Below, piece by piece: positions 33,094 through 43,149 of a DNA stretch of 64,000 nt. Within the stretch, counting starts at the first letter, position 1, and each line of letters starts with the position of its first letter. Source of the DNA: Candidatus Omnitrophota bacterium (GTDB lineage Bacteria; Omnitrophota; Gorgyraeia; Zapsychrales; Fredricksoniimonadaceae). The stretch is taken from the NCBI GenBank assembly GCA_903908245.1, contig CAIVRE010000010.1, positions 4,227 through 68,226 of the forward strand. Direction: 5' to 3'. The translations under genes were made by a program, and so were the position numbers. The notes under the pieces were generated by a model, which was given only the letters and a program-made list of their open reading frames with translations, ran no database searches and had not been told where the DNA came from.

Positions 33094-33857
33094 TAAACCA
33101 TCCCCTTCCATTGCCCCGGCGGTCCGAACGCGCCCAGCAAAGCATCATTGGATAAAACCTCTTCCGGAGACCCTTGTGCGACAATAGACTTGTTCAAGAA
33201 AACAATGCGGTCAACATAAGCCGCTATCCCCGAAAGGTCATGCGTGACCAGGATCACGGAAATATCATGCTGTTCCCTAAGGTCACGCACGATCTGATAG
33301 AAAAGAACAAGGCCCTTCTGGTCCACGCCGCTGCTCGGCTCGTCTAAAAGCAGAAGCTCGGGTTTGGCGGTCATGGCGATCGCCAGCAATACCCTTTGAA
33401 GTTCCCCTCCGGACAATTCCCCGATCCGCCTGTTGATCAAATGGTCCGCCAAAAAAACACTTAATATCTTTTTTGCCTTTCCCATATCCCGGGCAGTGAC
33501 CCCAAACCACACAGGACGATGCCGTATCGCCGCGATAACAAGATCAGCCACACTGACCGGAGAATCAAGATCGAGCTGAAGCTTCTGAGGGACATAGCCG
33601 ATCTTTGGCCGCCGGCGTTCCACCCCGCCGATAAGCGACGACATGCTCCCGCGGTAAGGCACTTCACCCAGGATCGCCCGAAGAAGGGTCGTTTTCCCGG
33701 CACCATTCGGTCCAACCACCGCCAGCACCTCGCCGCAATGGACATGCAAGTCGACTTTATCAAGGATCAAATTCTCCCCCAACGATACGCAGAGGCCTTC
33801 GATCCTGATGCAGCAATGCCGGCAAGCCGGATCGGTCCCGTTATTTTGAGAAAGCAT
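33093..33857 (-). CDS. znuC: Zn/Mn ABC transporter ATPase
   Basis: GPNGAGKTT, YVPQ, LSGGELQR, LLDEP; real start likely MLSQNN (the track's 439-aa version overlaps znuA). Confidence 0.88.
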   Translation of the reverse strand: MLSQNNGTDPACRHCCIRIEGLCVSLGENLILDKVDLHVHCGEVLAVVGPNGAGKTTLLRAILGEVPYRGSMSSLIGGVERRRPKIGYVPQKLQLDLDSPVSVADLVIAAIRHRPVWFGVTARDMGKAKKILSVFLADHLINRRIGELSGGELQRVLLAIAMTAKPELLLLDEPSSGVDQKGLVLFYQIVRDLREQHDISVILVTHDLSGIAAYVDRIVFLNKSIVAQGSPEEVLSNDALLGAFGPPGQWKGMV

Positions 33858-34749
33858 CTTTGAGTCCCTCAAGGTTCTTGCGCATGATCCGGATATACGC
33901 ACCGTCGTCATCTTCGCCGTTGACCGCCGGATCCAGCGTAAGGACGCGCACGTGCGTCTCGCGGGCGATCGCCGCAGCCGCACCCAAAGGATACTGCGGC
34001 TCAATGAATACTGTCCTGATCCCGGAACTCCGGATAACATCCACCGTCTCTGCCAGCTCCCTGGCGCTCGGATCGCTGCCCGGCTCCCGTTCAATAACAG
34101 CCGCGACCTCAAACCCGAATTCCCTCGCGAAATATGGGAACGCTTCATGAAAAGTAATGATCTTTTGTCCTTTATACGGGGCAAGTTCCGATTGCATCTG
34201 CGCCCGCAGTCTTTCAAGTTCCAAAATATATTCATCGGAATTCTTGCGATATCCTTTGGCGTGAACGGGGTCGATCGCCTCCATTGCCACCGACAGGCTC
34301 CTGACTTCCAGGATCGCGTTGGAAATACTGACCCAAACATGCGGATTAGGCCCTGACGCACCCTTGCCGTAAATAAGAGGTATCCCTTCCGCCAATGGAA
34401 CGACCCGGACACGGGGGAACTGCGTGATGACCCGTTCCAAGAACGATTCCATCCCGGCGCCGTTCACAATAAAGACATCCGCCCCCGCCAGTTTCTTGAG
34501 GTCATCGACCGTAACCGCATAATCATGCAAACAACCGCTTACCGACGGGGTAAGACTGGTGACCGTAACCCCGGGGATATTCTTTGCCACATTGCGGGCC
34601 ATAATATAGACAGGATAAAAAGACGCCACGATCCTGACGGTCCCCGGCCCTTTCCCTGACGGCTGCGCCATTACCGTTGCTGCGGCCCCCGCCATGAATA
34701 TAACGATCAGGATCAACACTCGAAATGACGTTACAATAAGACCTCTCAT
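33841..34749 (-). CDS. znuA: Zn/Mn ABC substrate-binding protein
   Basis: CLHDY, NPHVW, FHEAFPYF; start MRGLI has an ATGA overlap with the upstream gene. Confidence 0.88.
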   Translation of the reverse strand: MRGLIVTSFRVLILIVIFMAGAAATVMAQPSGKGPGTVRIVASFYPVYIMARNVAKNIPGVTVTSLTPSVSGCLHDYAVTVDDLKKLAGADVFIVNGAGMESFLERVITQFPRVRVVPLAEGIPLIYGKGASGPNPHVWVSISNAILEVRSLSVAMEAIDPVHAKGYRKNSDEYILELERLRAQMQSELAPYKGQKIITFHEAFPYFAREFGFEVAAVIEREPGSDPSARELAETVDVIRSSGIRTVFIEPQYPLGAAAAIARETHVRVLTLDPAVNGEDDDGAYIRIMRKNLEGLKDAFSK

Positions 34750-35522
34750 TCTTCCCGGCAGGAAACAGGCTCGCCTTCTTTGTGCCCGAACATCTTGCTG
34801 GCCGCTTTGAACTCCTCGGCAAAACCCCATTGCCGAACCTTCCCATTGGCTTCACGCTCCGCATTGCATGTGACCCGCCCTTTACGGGCATGATCCAGCA
34901 CCCGGTGCGCCAGCTCATGAGCCAGAACCCCTTCGATCGGTAACGGAGAATCCGCGTCATTAAGCGCGGAACTTAATTTAATGATCGTAAGCCCCATTTC
35001 CCCGGCAGGCGCATCTTCCGCGGAAGAAATGATCTCGGACGTATTGGCGAACCTGGCCGTACCCGAGTCATAATATTCCGTGACCAGGACCGGCCTGCGC
35101 CGGTCCGTCACATTAAGAAAATCGGGTAAAGAAATACGCCGCAGGACCTCTTTTAACGCCGCATATATCTTCGGCATACCGCGAATGATCCCCTGGGAAC
35201 AGAACTCGCCCAAATACTCATCGACCACCTCGTCACGGTCATCGATCGTCCATCCCGCGACTTTCCCTTGCTGGACATGAAAAGTGGCCATATGAAGAAC
35301 CGGCCCCTTCAACGGTTCATTGAACGTGATCCATTGGCCGTTCTCATCCTCGCGATAAGTCCTTGCCGACTTCCGGGGATACGCCCTGAAGAATTTCTCT
35401 TGTGTCATCCCCTGAAAAACACCGTGGAGCTTCTCGTTGCCACCCCGGGCCGCGAAAGCCTTCGGCTGTGACACAATGAAAAAGACAAGAAGAATAACGA
35501 AGAAGATCCTGGATGGATTCAT
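34746..35522 (-). CDS. Exported hypothetical protein with HExxH metallopeptidase motif
   Basis: Signal peptide AFA|A; VLAHELAH...EREAN. Confidence 0.65.
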   Translation of the reverse strand: MNPSRIFFVILLVFFIVSQPKAFAARGGNEKLHGVFQGMTQEKFFRAYPRKSARTYREDENGQWITFNEPLKGPVLHMATFHVQQGKVAGWTIDDRDEVVDEYLGEFCSQGIIRGMPKIYAALKEVLRRISLPDFLNVTDRRRPVLVTEYYDSGTARFANTSEIISSAEDAPAGEMGLTIIKLSSALNDADSPLPIEGVLAHELAHRVLDHARKGRVTCNAEREANGKVRQWGFAEEFKAASKMFGHKEGEPVSCREE

Positions 35523-35610
35523 AAGATTAACATTATAACAAATATTCACCATCATCAAACAAATTGCCAAAATGAGATAAAAATAAAAAAACTCATGTTA
35601 TAATTCGTCT

Positions 35611-36810
35611 GTGAAAATCCTTCTGCTGACCAATGAATACCCGCCCAACACCTACGGAGGGGCGGGAGTCCATGTTGAATATTTAAGCCGCGCGCTAGCC
35701 TGTTTATGTTCGGTCGATGTGCGCTGTTTCGGTGAACAGGCTGTTGATCTCCCCAACCTGACGGTCAAAGGCTTCCCCAACGACCCGAACTACCCGGCAC
35801 CCAAAGAACTTGCCCGGGTCTTCGATTCGATCCAGCGCTGCCTGAATTTCAACACCAGCGGCATTAACACGGATATCGTCCATGTCCATACCTGGTACAC
35901 GCATCTCGGCGGGATCATCGCAAAGCTCAACTACGGCACCCCTTTGGTCCTGACCGTCCATTCGCTTGAACCTTTACGCCCCTGGAAAAAAGAACAGCTT
36001 GGCGGCGGTTACGACTTCAGCTGCTGGGTAGAAAAGACCGCCATCGAACTGGCTGACGCAGTGATCGCCGTCTCACAGGACACCAAGGACGACATCCTCC
36101 GTCACTTTAATATCGCTTCCGACAAGATCACTGTTATCCCCAACGGCATCGACCCGCAGGAATATCAACCTGTCCACGAACCCGAACGCCTCGCCCGTTT
36201 TGGAATTGACCCGAACAAGCCCTACGTGCTCTTTGTCGGAAGGATCACGCGGCAGAAAGGGATCATCCATCTGGTCAGGGCGATCAAACATTTGAGGCCA
36301 GACCTGCAAGTAGTCCTTTGCGCCAGTTCTCCCGACACTCCGGCGATCGCCAAAGAAATGGAAGACCAGTTCAACGAAGCCCGGGCGAAACACACCGGCG
36401 TGATCTGGATCGCGGAAATGGTCGACCTTCCGACCAAGAGGGCGCTGTATTCGCATGCCGCGATCTTCTGTTGTCCTTCCGTCTACGAACCGTTCGGGAT
36501 CATCAACCTCGAAGCCATGGCATGTAAAACACCGGTAGTCGCAACAGCGGTCGGAGGGATCAAGGAAGCCGTAGCGGATGGCATTACAGGGATCCTGGTG
36601 CCTGTCAGGCTCAAAGACGGGATCCTGTCAGAACCCGTCGACCCTGAACAGTTCTCCAAAGACCTGGCCGAACAGATCAACTTTCTGATGGACAATGACG
36701 ATTTGCGTCAACAGATGGGGGAAGCCGGACGTCACCGGGCCTGCGAACTTTTCAGCTGGGACAATGTCGCCCGCCGAACATTGAAACTCTACAAAACCCT
36801 TCGCCCTTAA
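35611..36810 (+). CDS. glgA: GT4 glycosyltransferase, GlgA/GlgM (maltose-1-phosphate synthase) type
   Basis: EYPP..YGGAGVH, HSLEPLRPWK.EQLGGGY, YEPFGIINLEAMAC. Confidence 0.9.
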   Translation: MKILLLTNEYPPNTYGGAGVHVEYLSRALACLCSVDVRCFGEQAVDLPNLTVKGFPNDPNYPAPKELARVFDSIQRCLNFNTSGINTDIVHVHTWYTHLGGIIAKLNYGTPLVLTVHSLEPLRPWKKEQLGGGYDFSCWVEKTAIELADAVIAVSQDTKDDILRHFNIASDKITVIPNGIDPQEYQPVHEPERLARFGIDPNKPYVLFVGRITRQKGIIHLVRAIKHLRPDLQVVLCASSPDTPAIAKEMEDQFNEARAKHTGVIWIAEMVDLPTKRALYSHAAIFCCPSVYEPFGIINLEAMACKTPVVATAVGGIKEAVADGITGILVPVRLKDGILSEPVDPEQFSKDLAEQINFLMDNDDLRQQMGEAGRHRACELFSWDNVARRTLKLYKTLRP

Positions 36811-36812
36811 TA

Positions 36813-38777
36813 TCAGGCTTTCAACTTCACATCAAAGATCAGTACCGGATGAGTCTTGACATCCAGCCTGACCTCATTCCACTCTCCCTGCCAGTGATAC
36901 GTCTTGTTGGCCAAAAGATCGACAACGTCATACTTGCTGTCCAATTTAACCTTCAGGTCGTACAGGGGGACCTTGACCCAACCCGATTGATCATGGGATG
37001 GATCGAGATTCACGACCACCAGTGTATGGCTCGTAGCATCGTCGGAAGACTTTATATAGGCAATAAGCCTGGGATTCTCCAGCTCGCAGAAACGGGTATT
37101 CCAGGTCGTCTGAAGTTCCGGACGGATCTTTCTTAACTGATTCACCTTCGCGATAATATCCTTGATATTCCCGTGACGGTCCCAATCCCAGCTTTTAAGC
37201 TCGTACTTCTCGGAATGAATATATTCTTCCTTGCCTTCAACGGATTTGTTCTCACACAACTCATAGGCCGGGCCATACATCCCGTAATTGGAAGACAGTG
37301 TTGCAGCCAGCACAAAGCGGGCGATGAACATGGACCGCGGCGCGTTCTGCAAATGCCCGGCCAGGATATCCGGCGTATTTGGCCAAAAGTTCGGACGATA
37401 AACCTCTCTCGACTCCCCCGATGTCAATTGACCAATATACTGCGTTAACTCTTCCTTGGTCGAACGCCAGGTAAAATATGTATACGACTGGGTAAATCCC
37501 GCCTTGGCCAGCTGATGCATGACCTTCGGACGGGTAAATGCCTCCGCAAGGAAAATGACATCCGGATGCTTCTTGCGGACTTCCCCGATCATCCAGCTCC
37601 AGAACACGAACGGTTTCGTGTGAGGATTATCAACACGGAATATTTTAACCCCCTGCTCGATCCAAAAATCAATAACGCTCTTGAGTTCCTCCCAAAGCGC
37701 CAAATGGTCCGTGCAATTAAAATCGATCGGATAAACGTCCTCATACTTCTTGGGAGGGTTCTCGGCGTATTGAATGGAACCATCCGGCCGCTTCACGAAC
37801 CATTCGGGATGTTCGTTGACATAAGGATGATCCGGAGAACACTGATAGGCCACATCCAGCGCGACCTCCAGGCCAAGGCCGGCAGCCTCTTTAACGAACC
37901 AGCGAAAATCCTCAATGGTCCCAAGGTCGGAATTCACCGCCTTATGCCCGCCGGTTGAATTGCCAACCGCCCACGGGCTGCCCGGATCCCCGGGCAAGCA
38001 TTGTACAGCATTATTCTTGCCTTTACGTTTGCTGATACCCACCGGATGGACCGGCGGAAGATAGACCACATCAAAACCCATCCGGGCGATCTCTTTAAGG
38101 ACCGGCAGGCAATCACGGAAACGGCCATGCTGGCCGGGCTTACCGAAAGAACGAGGAAAAAACTCATACCAGCTGCTGAAAAGAGCCTTCTTGCGGTCCA
38201 CCTGAACATTGAGGATCTTGGCATATTCACGGCAGGTATCACTATCCGGGATCCTGCGGCTTAACGCACAGAGCGATCCGTCCAGTAAAGCCTGCGCGGT
38301 CATCTTTCCGGAACACAAGGCTTTAACACGAAGGAGCTCAGGATCATCCGGATCACCCGCCATAGAGCTCGAAACAAGTTTCTCAAGGATCCCCTGGCCG
38401 ACCAAAATATGCGTCGCAAGGTCCTGCCCTGCCTCATAACGTTTGACAAATTCCTTCTGCCAGGTCTCAAACGGATTGACCCATGCCCGGATCGTATATT
38501 CATGATCGGTCAATGAACCGACCCTGAACTGCCCTTCCCAAAGGTCATTGCCCAAGGCGGTCATCAGGACGCCGTCCCATCGCGCCGCGCCTTTCGGACG
38601 ATAGCGCAACTCGGCGCTGATATCATTATGGCCATCACTGAAAATATCCGCGCGGACCAGCACCGCTTCCCCTGGAACACGCCTGACCGCGATCGATCCG
38701 CCGTCGATCTCCGGCGTTACATTCTCAATAACGATACGGACGATCCCCTGTTTGACCTTCAATTTCTTTTCTGCCAT
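36813..38777 (-). CDS. glgE: Alpha-1,4-glucan:maltose-1-phosphate maltosyltransferase
   Basis: WYEFFPRS, YAENPPKKYED, FRVDNPHTKP, LAEAF, NTPDIL. Confidence 0.95.
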   Translation of the reverse strand: MAEKKLKVKQGIVRIVIENVTPEIDGGSIAVRRVPGEAVLVRADIFSDGHNDISAELRYRPKGAARWDGVLMTALGNDLWEGQFRVGSLTDHEYTIRAWVNPFETWQKEFVKRYEAGQDLATHILVGQGILEKLVSSSMAGDPDDPELLRVKALCSGKMTAQALLDGSLCALSRRIPDSDTCREYAKILNVQVDRKKALFSSWYEFFPRSFGKPGQHGRFRDCLPVLKEIARMGFDVVYLPPVHPVGISKRKGKNNAVQCLPGDPGSPWAVGNSTGGHKAVNSDLGTIEDFRWFVKEAAGLGLEVALDVAYQCSPDHPYVNEHPEWFVKRPDGSIQYAENPPKKYEDVYPIDFNCTDHLALWEELKSVIDFWIEQGVKIFRVDNPHTKPFVFWSWMIGEVRKKHPDVIFLAEAFTRPKVMHQLAKAGFTQSYTYFTWRSTKEELTQYIGQLTSGESREVYRPNFWPNTPDILAGHLQNAPRSMFIARFVLAATLSSNYGMYGPAYELCENKSVEGKEEYIHSEKYELKSWDWDRHGNIKDIIAKVNQLRKIRPELQTTWNTRFCELENPRLIAYIKSSDDATSHTLVVVNLDPSHDQSGWVKVPLYDLKVKLDSKYDVVDLLANKTYHWQGEWNEVRLDVKTHPVLIFDVKLKA

Positions 38778-38829
38778 GGACTAACTCTCTTTCTTATTAA
38801 CTTCTCATCAAATCATGGACCTTTGTCCG

Positions 38830-40101
38830 TTAAACCGGCCTGTCAGCGGCATTGATCGTCTTCCTGGCATCCCTTTCAGAATGACTAAAAGAAAGGAACT
38901 GTGCCTCGAACTGCGACGGCGGGAGGTTAACCCCCTGACGCAGCATCGACCAGAAATATTTTGCGTACTTTGCCGTATCCGCGTTCTTGGCACTCTTGAA
39001 ATCCGTAACAGGCTTTGATGTAAAAAAGACCGTGAACAATGACCCCGCGCGGTTGATCGTGACAGGCACTCCATTCCTGTCGAATTGTTCCGTCAGTCCA
39101 AGACAAAGTTCCGCGGTCATTTGATCGAGGGCGGCGTAATCTTTATTCTTCAGCACGCCAAGGACCGCCAAACCGGCAGCCACAGCAACGGGATTCCCGG
39201 ACAAAGTGCCGGCCTGATACACGGGCCCTAAAGGAGCGACACAGTCCATAATATCTTTTCTTCCGCCGTAAGCACCGCTCGGCAACCCGCCGCCGATAAT
39301 CTTGCCCAGGCAGGTCAGGTCCGGCCGGATCTTCTGCAAAGTCTGAACCCCGCCAAAATGGAACCGGAACCCCGAAATAACCTCGTCAAAGATCAGAACG
39401 ATCCCGTGCTTTGCGGTCAACTTGCGTATTTCGCCAAGAAAATCCTCATGCGGCAAGACCACCCCCATATTCGCCGCAACCGGCTCAACAATAACACAAG
39501 CGATCTCTTCGGCATATTTCAAAACAACTTTACGGAAATATTCAATATCATTATATGGACATACAAGCGTGTCCCGGCTTAAGTCCTTCGTCACACCGGC
39601 GCTGCCAGGAATACCTTGTGTCGCCGCGCCCGAACCCGCCTTGACAAGTAAACTGTCGCAATGCCCGTGATAACAGCCGTCGAACTTAATGATCTTGTTA
39701 CGGCCGGTAAACCCGCGGCTCAAACGGATCACGCTCATCGTGGCTTCCGTACCGGAACTGACAAAACGCATCCTCTGGATCGAAGGAATGGCCTGGGCAA
39801 TGACCTTGGCCAGTTCGGTCTCGGCTTTTGTCGGCGCTCCAAAGCTGGACCCATTCTTCACCGCAGCCTCAACCGCCTTGACAACCTCGGGCGCTGCGTG
39901 ACCGAGGATCAATGCTCCCCAGCTCATTACATAATCCAGGTAACGATTCCCATCCTCATCATAAATAGTTGACCCCAGGCCTTTTTTTATAAAAAGAGGC
40001 GTTCCACCGACAGACCCGAAAGCGCGCACAGGGCTGTTCACTCCTCCGGGAAAATACCGCGAAGCTTCTTTATAAAGTTTTCTGGAACGTTCGACCTTCA
40101 T
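38830..40101 (-). CDS. hemL: Glutamate-1-semialdehyde 2,1-aminomutase
   Basis: PGGVNSPVRA, SGTEATM, GKIIGGG. Confidence 0.97.
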   Translation of the reverse strand: MKVERSRKLYKEASRYFPGGVNSPVRAFGSVGGTPLFIKKGLGSTIYDEDGNRYLDYVMSWGALILGHAAPEVVKAVEAAVKNGSSFGAPTKAETELAKVIAQAIPSIQRMRFVSSGTEATMSVIRLSRGFTGRNKIIKFDGCYHGHCDSLLVKAGSGAATQGIPGSAGVTKDLSRDTLVCPYNDIEYFRKVVLKYAEEIACVIVEPVAANMGVVLPHEDFLGEIRKLTAKHGIVLIFDEVISGFRFHFGGVQTLQKIRPDLTCLGKIIGGGLPSGAYGGRKDIMDCVAPLGPVYQAGTLSGNPVAVAAGLAVLGVLKNKDYAALDQMTAELCLGLTEQFDRNGVPVTINRAGSLFTVFFTSKPVTDFKSAKNADTAKYAKYFWSMLRQGVNLPPSQFEAQFLSFSHSERDARKTINAADRPV

Positions 40102-40571
40102 GCGAGGATCTCCTTAAGATCGCTCCTGATCTTCTTGAATTCCCTGATCGTGAACTGGACCTTGAACATTGTAACACCGGACTTTACGGACATCGACTTG
40201 ATCACGGTCTCAGACTCTTTCTTGTCCCTGGCATGCACCATGGTGTAAAGATTGTATGGCCAATCAGGATAAGTCTGGCGCGCGTAACAATGCGTGACCT
40301 GCGGAAAACCGGCGAAGATCCTGCCCGCCGCTTCCAGCTTCGGCTCCTTCACCTGCCACATGACCAGCGCATTGCACTTATAACCAACCTTGAAATGCCC
40401 CAGGACAGTCCCAACCCGGCGAATGACCCCGGCATCCTTATACGCCTGGATCCTGGACAAAAGCCTTGCCTCCGGCATCCCCAAACGCCCCGCAACTGCA
40501 GCATAAGGCTTGGATACAAGTGCAAGCGGGTCACTTAAAGCCGAAATGATCTTCTTAACGTCTTTTTTCAT
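40098..40571 (-). CDS. ahbB: Siroheme decarboxylase beta subunit (AhbB/NirH-like)
   Basis: AsnC-like fold; NALVMW, VTHCYAR..WPYNLYTMVH. Confidence 0.88.
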   Translation of the reverse strand: MKKDVKKIISALSDPLALVSKPYAAVAGRLGMPEARLLSRIQAYKDAGVIRRVGTVLGHFKVGYKCNALVMWQVKEPKLEAAGRIFAGFPQVTHCYARQTYPDWPYNLYTMVHARDKKESETVIKSMSVKSGVTMFKVQFTIREFKKIRSDLKEILA

Positions 40572-40599
40572 AGCATTGGTTAGATAATGCTCGTCCGCA

Positions 40600-41052
40600 T
40601 TATCTCAATTCAAACACAGCCTGGCTCTTGAACACCTGCCGCGTACGCAGATCAAGCATATCGTTAATACCGCTCTTCTTGCGTATCTCCGCAAGAATGG
40701 CCTTTAACTTGCGCTCAGATGCCGCACTGACCGTGAACCAGACATTATAATCATCCGCCCGAAGGTAATTATGGCTGATATTCGGATACGCGTTAATGAT
40801 CTTTACGGTCTTATTTAACTTGCTCTCCGGGACTCGCAAGGCAATAAGGCTTGAGACAATGCCCAGCTTGCGCAGGTCGAACATCGCCGCAATATACCGG
40901 AGCATCCCGTCTTTCTTAAGTTTTTTAAAATACGCCAACATTTCCTTCTCTGTACAGCCCGCCTCAGCGGCCAGTGCCGCAAAAGGCCTGGAGGTTAACG
41001 GGAAATCTGTCTGTAATCCCTTGAGGAGTTTCCTGTCTTTAGTTGTCATCAT
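40600..41052 (-). CDS. ahbA: Siroheme decarboxylase alpha subunit (AhbA/NirD-like)
   Basis: LQTDFPLTSRPF, ISHNYLR..YNVWFT. Confidence 0.88.
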   Translation of the reverse strand: MMTTKDRKLLKGLQTDFPLTSRPFAALAAEAGCTEKEMLAYFKKLKKDGMLRYIAAMFDLRKLGIVSSLIALRVPESKLNKTVKIINAYPNISHNYLRADDYNVWFTVSAASERKLKAILAEIRKKSGINDMLDLRTRQVFKSQAVFELR

Positions 41053-41055
41053 CTT

Positions 41056-42027
41056 CTAATAAATGCACTCAGGGTCAAAATCCATATAATTCCCTGTCTG
41101 GGCATACGCCCGGGCACGGCAGCCTCCGCAGGTGGTCTTATGCTGGCATCCGCCGCAATTGCCATTATACTGCCCGCCGCGCAATTCCTTGAACAACGCA
41201 TGATCCTTCCACATCAGGCTGAATTTCTGATCGCGCACATTGCCCACCTTGATCGGGAAATACGGGCACGGATGCACATCGCCATTGGGCAGGATACAGC
41301 AATAACTCACCCCGGCCAGGCAGCCGCGTGTAAAACGCGTCGGCTGGTTCATGTCCTGCGCCAAAGGGACGAACTGCGGAGCGCAAACAGGTTTTAACTC
41401 GATGGGCACTTCCAGCTGCTTCTTCATGATCTTTTTGAGCAGCGACTGATATTCACTCGAAGGGATAACAGCTGAAAGGCCCTTGCCTCTTCCCGTCGGA
41501 ACAAGAAAGAACATATGATGCGCTTTTGCGCCCAGACTAACAGCCAGGTCCGTGATCTTCTCGACATCCTGATAATTATAGGTCGTCACTGTGGTATGGA
41601 TCTGAAAATCCAGGCCCTCGTCCCTGCACGCCTTCATGCCTGCCAAACTGCCCTTCCACGAACCGGTATCCTGACGAAAATCATCATGAATGGCTTCTGT
41701 CGTGCTGTCGAGGCTGATCCCGGCGCGGGCAAGCCCGGCATCCTTGAGTTTCCTGGCGACAATGCGGTCGATCATGATCCCGTTGGTCCCGAGCACCGGA
41801 CGCAAACCATTGGCGTTGGCATGAGCGATGAGGTCGTAAACATCCTTGCGCATCAACGGCTCACCGCCGCTAATAATGAGGATCTTGAACCCTGCCAGCG
41901 CAATCTGCCCGATAAGGTCCTTGCCCTCCTGAGGGGTCAGCTCATCCGCTTCTTTTGTGCCGGCATCACGATAGCAATGGCGACACTTCAACTGACAGGC
42001 TTTGGTAATATTCCATGAAATAATCAT
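41056..42027 (-). CDS. ahbD: Radical SAM heme b synthase AhbD (NirJ2-like)
   Basis: CQLKCRHC, FFLVPTGRG, CAPQF, SPASM GCLAG...CGGCRARA. Confidence 0.88.
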   Translation of the reverse strand: MIISWNITKACQLKCRHCYRDAGTKEADELTPQEGKDLIGQIALAGFKILIISGGEPLMRKDVYDLIAHANANGLRPVLGTNGIMIDRIVARKLKDAGLARAGISLDSTTEAIHDDFRQDTGSWKGSLAGMKACRDEGLDFQIHTTVTTYNYQDVEKITDLAVSLGAKAHHMFFLVPTGRGKGLSAVIPSSEYQSLLKKIMKKQLEVPIELKPVCAPQFVPLAQDMNQPTRFTRGCLAGVSYCCILPNGDVHPCPYFPIKVGNVRDQKFSLMWKDHALFKELRGGQYNGNCGGCQHKTTCGGCRARAYAQTGNYMDFDPECIY

Positions 42028-42046
42028 AATATTTTCCTGTATATCA

Positions 42047-42112
42047 GGCGAGGCAACGCCTCGCCCCTACACTCGTGCGTGCACGTAAGGGCGACCCGAT
42101 GGGTCGCCTGGC
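42047..42112. repeat. Inverted doublet of GTAG-type REP-like palindromes
   Basis: rc GTAGGGGCGAGGCGTTGCCTCGCC and GTAAGGGCGACCCGATGGGTCGCC. Confidence 0.75.
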
Positions 42113-42115
42113 GAT

Positions 42116-43105
42116 TTAACGTTTTAACCAACGGGCAATATCGCAAACATGATAACCGATCACGATCCCGGCGCCAGCACGTTTTATAGCGGTATAAGTC
42201 TCCAGAACGATCTTCTTTTCATCCACCCAGCCATTCGCCGCCGCGGCCTTGACCATGGCATACTCGCCGCTCACATTATAAGCTGCAAGCGGAACATGAA
42301 ATTTATCCCTTACCTGACGGATAATATCCAGATAAGGCAACGCGGGCTTGACCATCACAATATCCGCCCCCTGCGCGATATCCGCCGCTACCACATCCAA
42401 TGCCGTCCGGGCATCGCCGGGGTCAAGCTGGTACGTTTTACGATCACCGAACTTCGGCGCGGAACCTGCCGCGTCACGGAAAGGCCCGTAGAACGCCGAC
42501 GCGAACTTGGCGCTGTAACTCATGACCGGCGTGTCTTTGAACCCGTTCATATCAAGCATTGCGCGGATCGCCTCGACCTGAAGCGGCATCATGGCCGACG
42601 GGGCTACCATGTCCGCACCCGCTTGAGCATGCGAAAATGCTGTCCGGGCCAAACAGGAGAGTGTTTGTTTAAGATCAATGAAGTCCGTTAAACGCTGAAC
42701 CTTGGCTCCCTTATGATCAGGCTTCACAACACCGCAATGCCCATGCGGAGTATATTCGCATAAACAAACATCCGTAATGACCAGAATGCCTTTAACCGCC
42801 TTCTTGACAGCGACAACGGCCTTCTGGACGACCCCCTCTTGCGCATAAGCCCCGGAGGCTAAAAGATCCTTCTTTTGAGGGACTCCGAACAAAAGAACAG
42901 CCGGGACCCCCAGGCGTTTAGCCACAGCAACTTCTTTGATCAGAAGATCGATCGAAAACTGATAAACCCCGGGCATTGACTTGACCGGATTCTTCACGCC
43001 ACGCCCTTCGACCACAAAATACGGCATGACCAGAGAATCATGGGCAAAAACGCTCAGCACTTTGTTTTTCAATAAACGGGGAGACAATTTTAAGATATTT
43101 CTCAT
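42116..43105 (-). CDS. hemB: Porphobilinogen synthase (Zn-type)
   Basis: DVCLCEYTPHGHCG, FYGPFRDA, MVKP; start placed at MRNIL. Confidence 0.96.
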   Translation of the reverse strand: MRNILKLSPRLLKNKVLSVFAHDSLVMPYFVVEGRGVKNPVKSMPGVYQFSIDLLIKEVAVAKRLGVPAVLLFGVPQKKDLLASGAYAQEGVVQKAVVAVKKAVKGILVITDVCLCEYTPHGHCGVVKPDHKGAKVQRLTDFIDLKQTLSCLARTAFSHAQAGADMVAPSAMMPLQVEAIRAMLDMNGFKDTPVMSYSAKFASAFYGPFRDAAGSAPKFGDRKTYQLDPGDARTALDVVAADIAQGADIVMVKPALPYLDIIRQVRDKFHVPLAAYNVSGEYAMVKAAAANGWVDEKKIVLETYTAIKRAGAGIVIGYHVCDIARWLKR

Positions 43106-43116
43106 ATTATAAACCT

Positions 43117-43149
43117 GTAGGAGGGCGCCCCGATGGGTCGCCCGGCAAT
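43117..43149 (+). repeat. Single REP-like palindrome, near-copy of the 42085 unit
   Basis: GTAGGAGGGCGCCCCGATGGGTCGCCCGGCAAT. Confidence 0.7.

Noticed and set aside
33858-34412. N-terminal 184-aa extension of ZnuC in the ORF track
   Set aside because: Overlaps znuA in another frame; ABC similarity begins only after MLSQNN.
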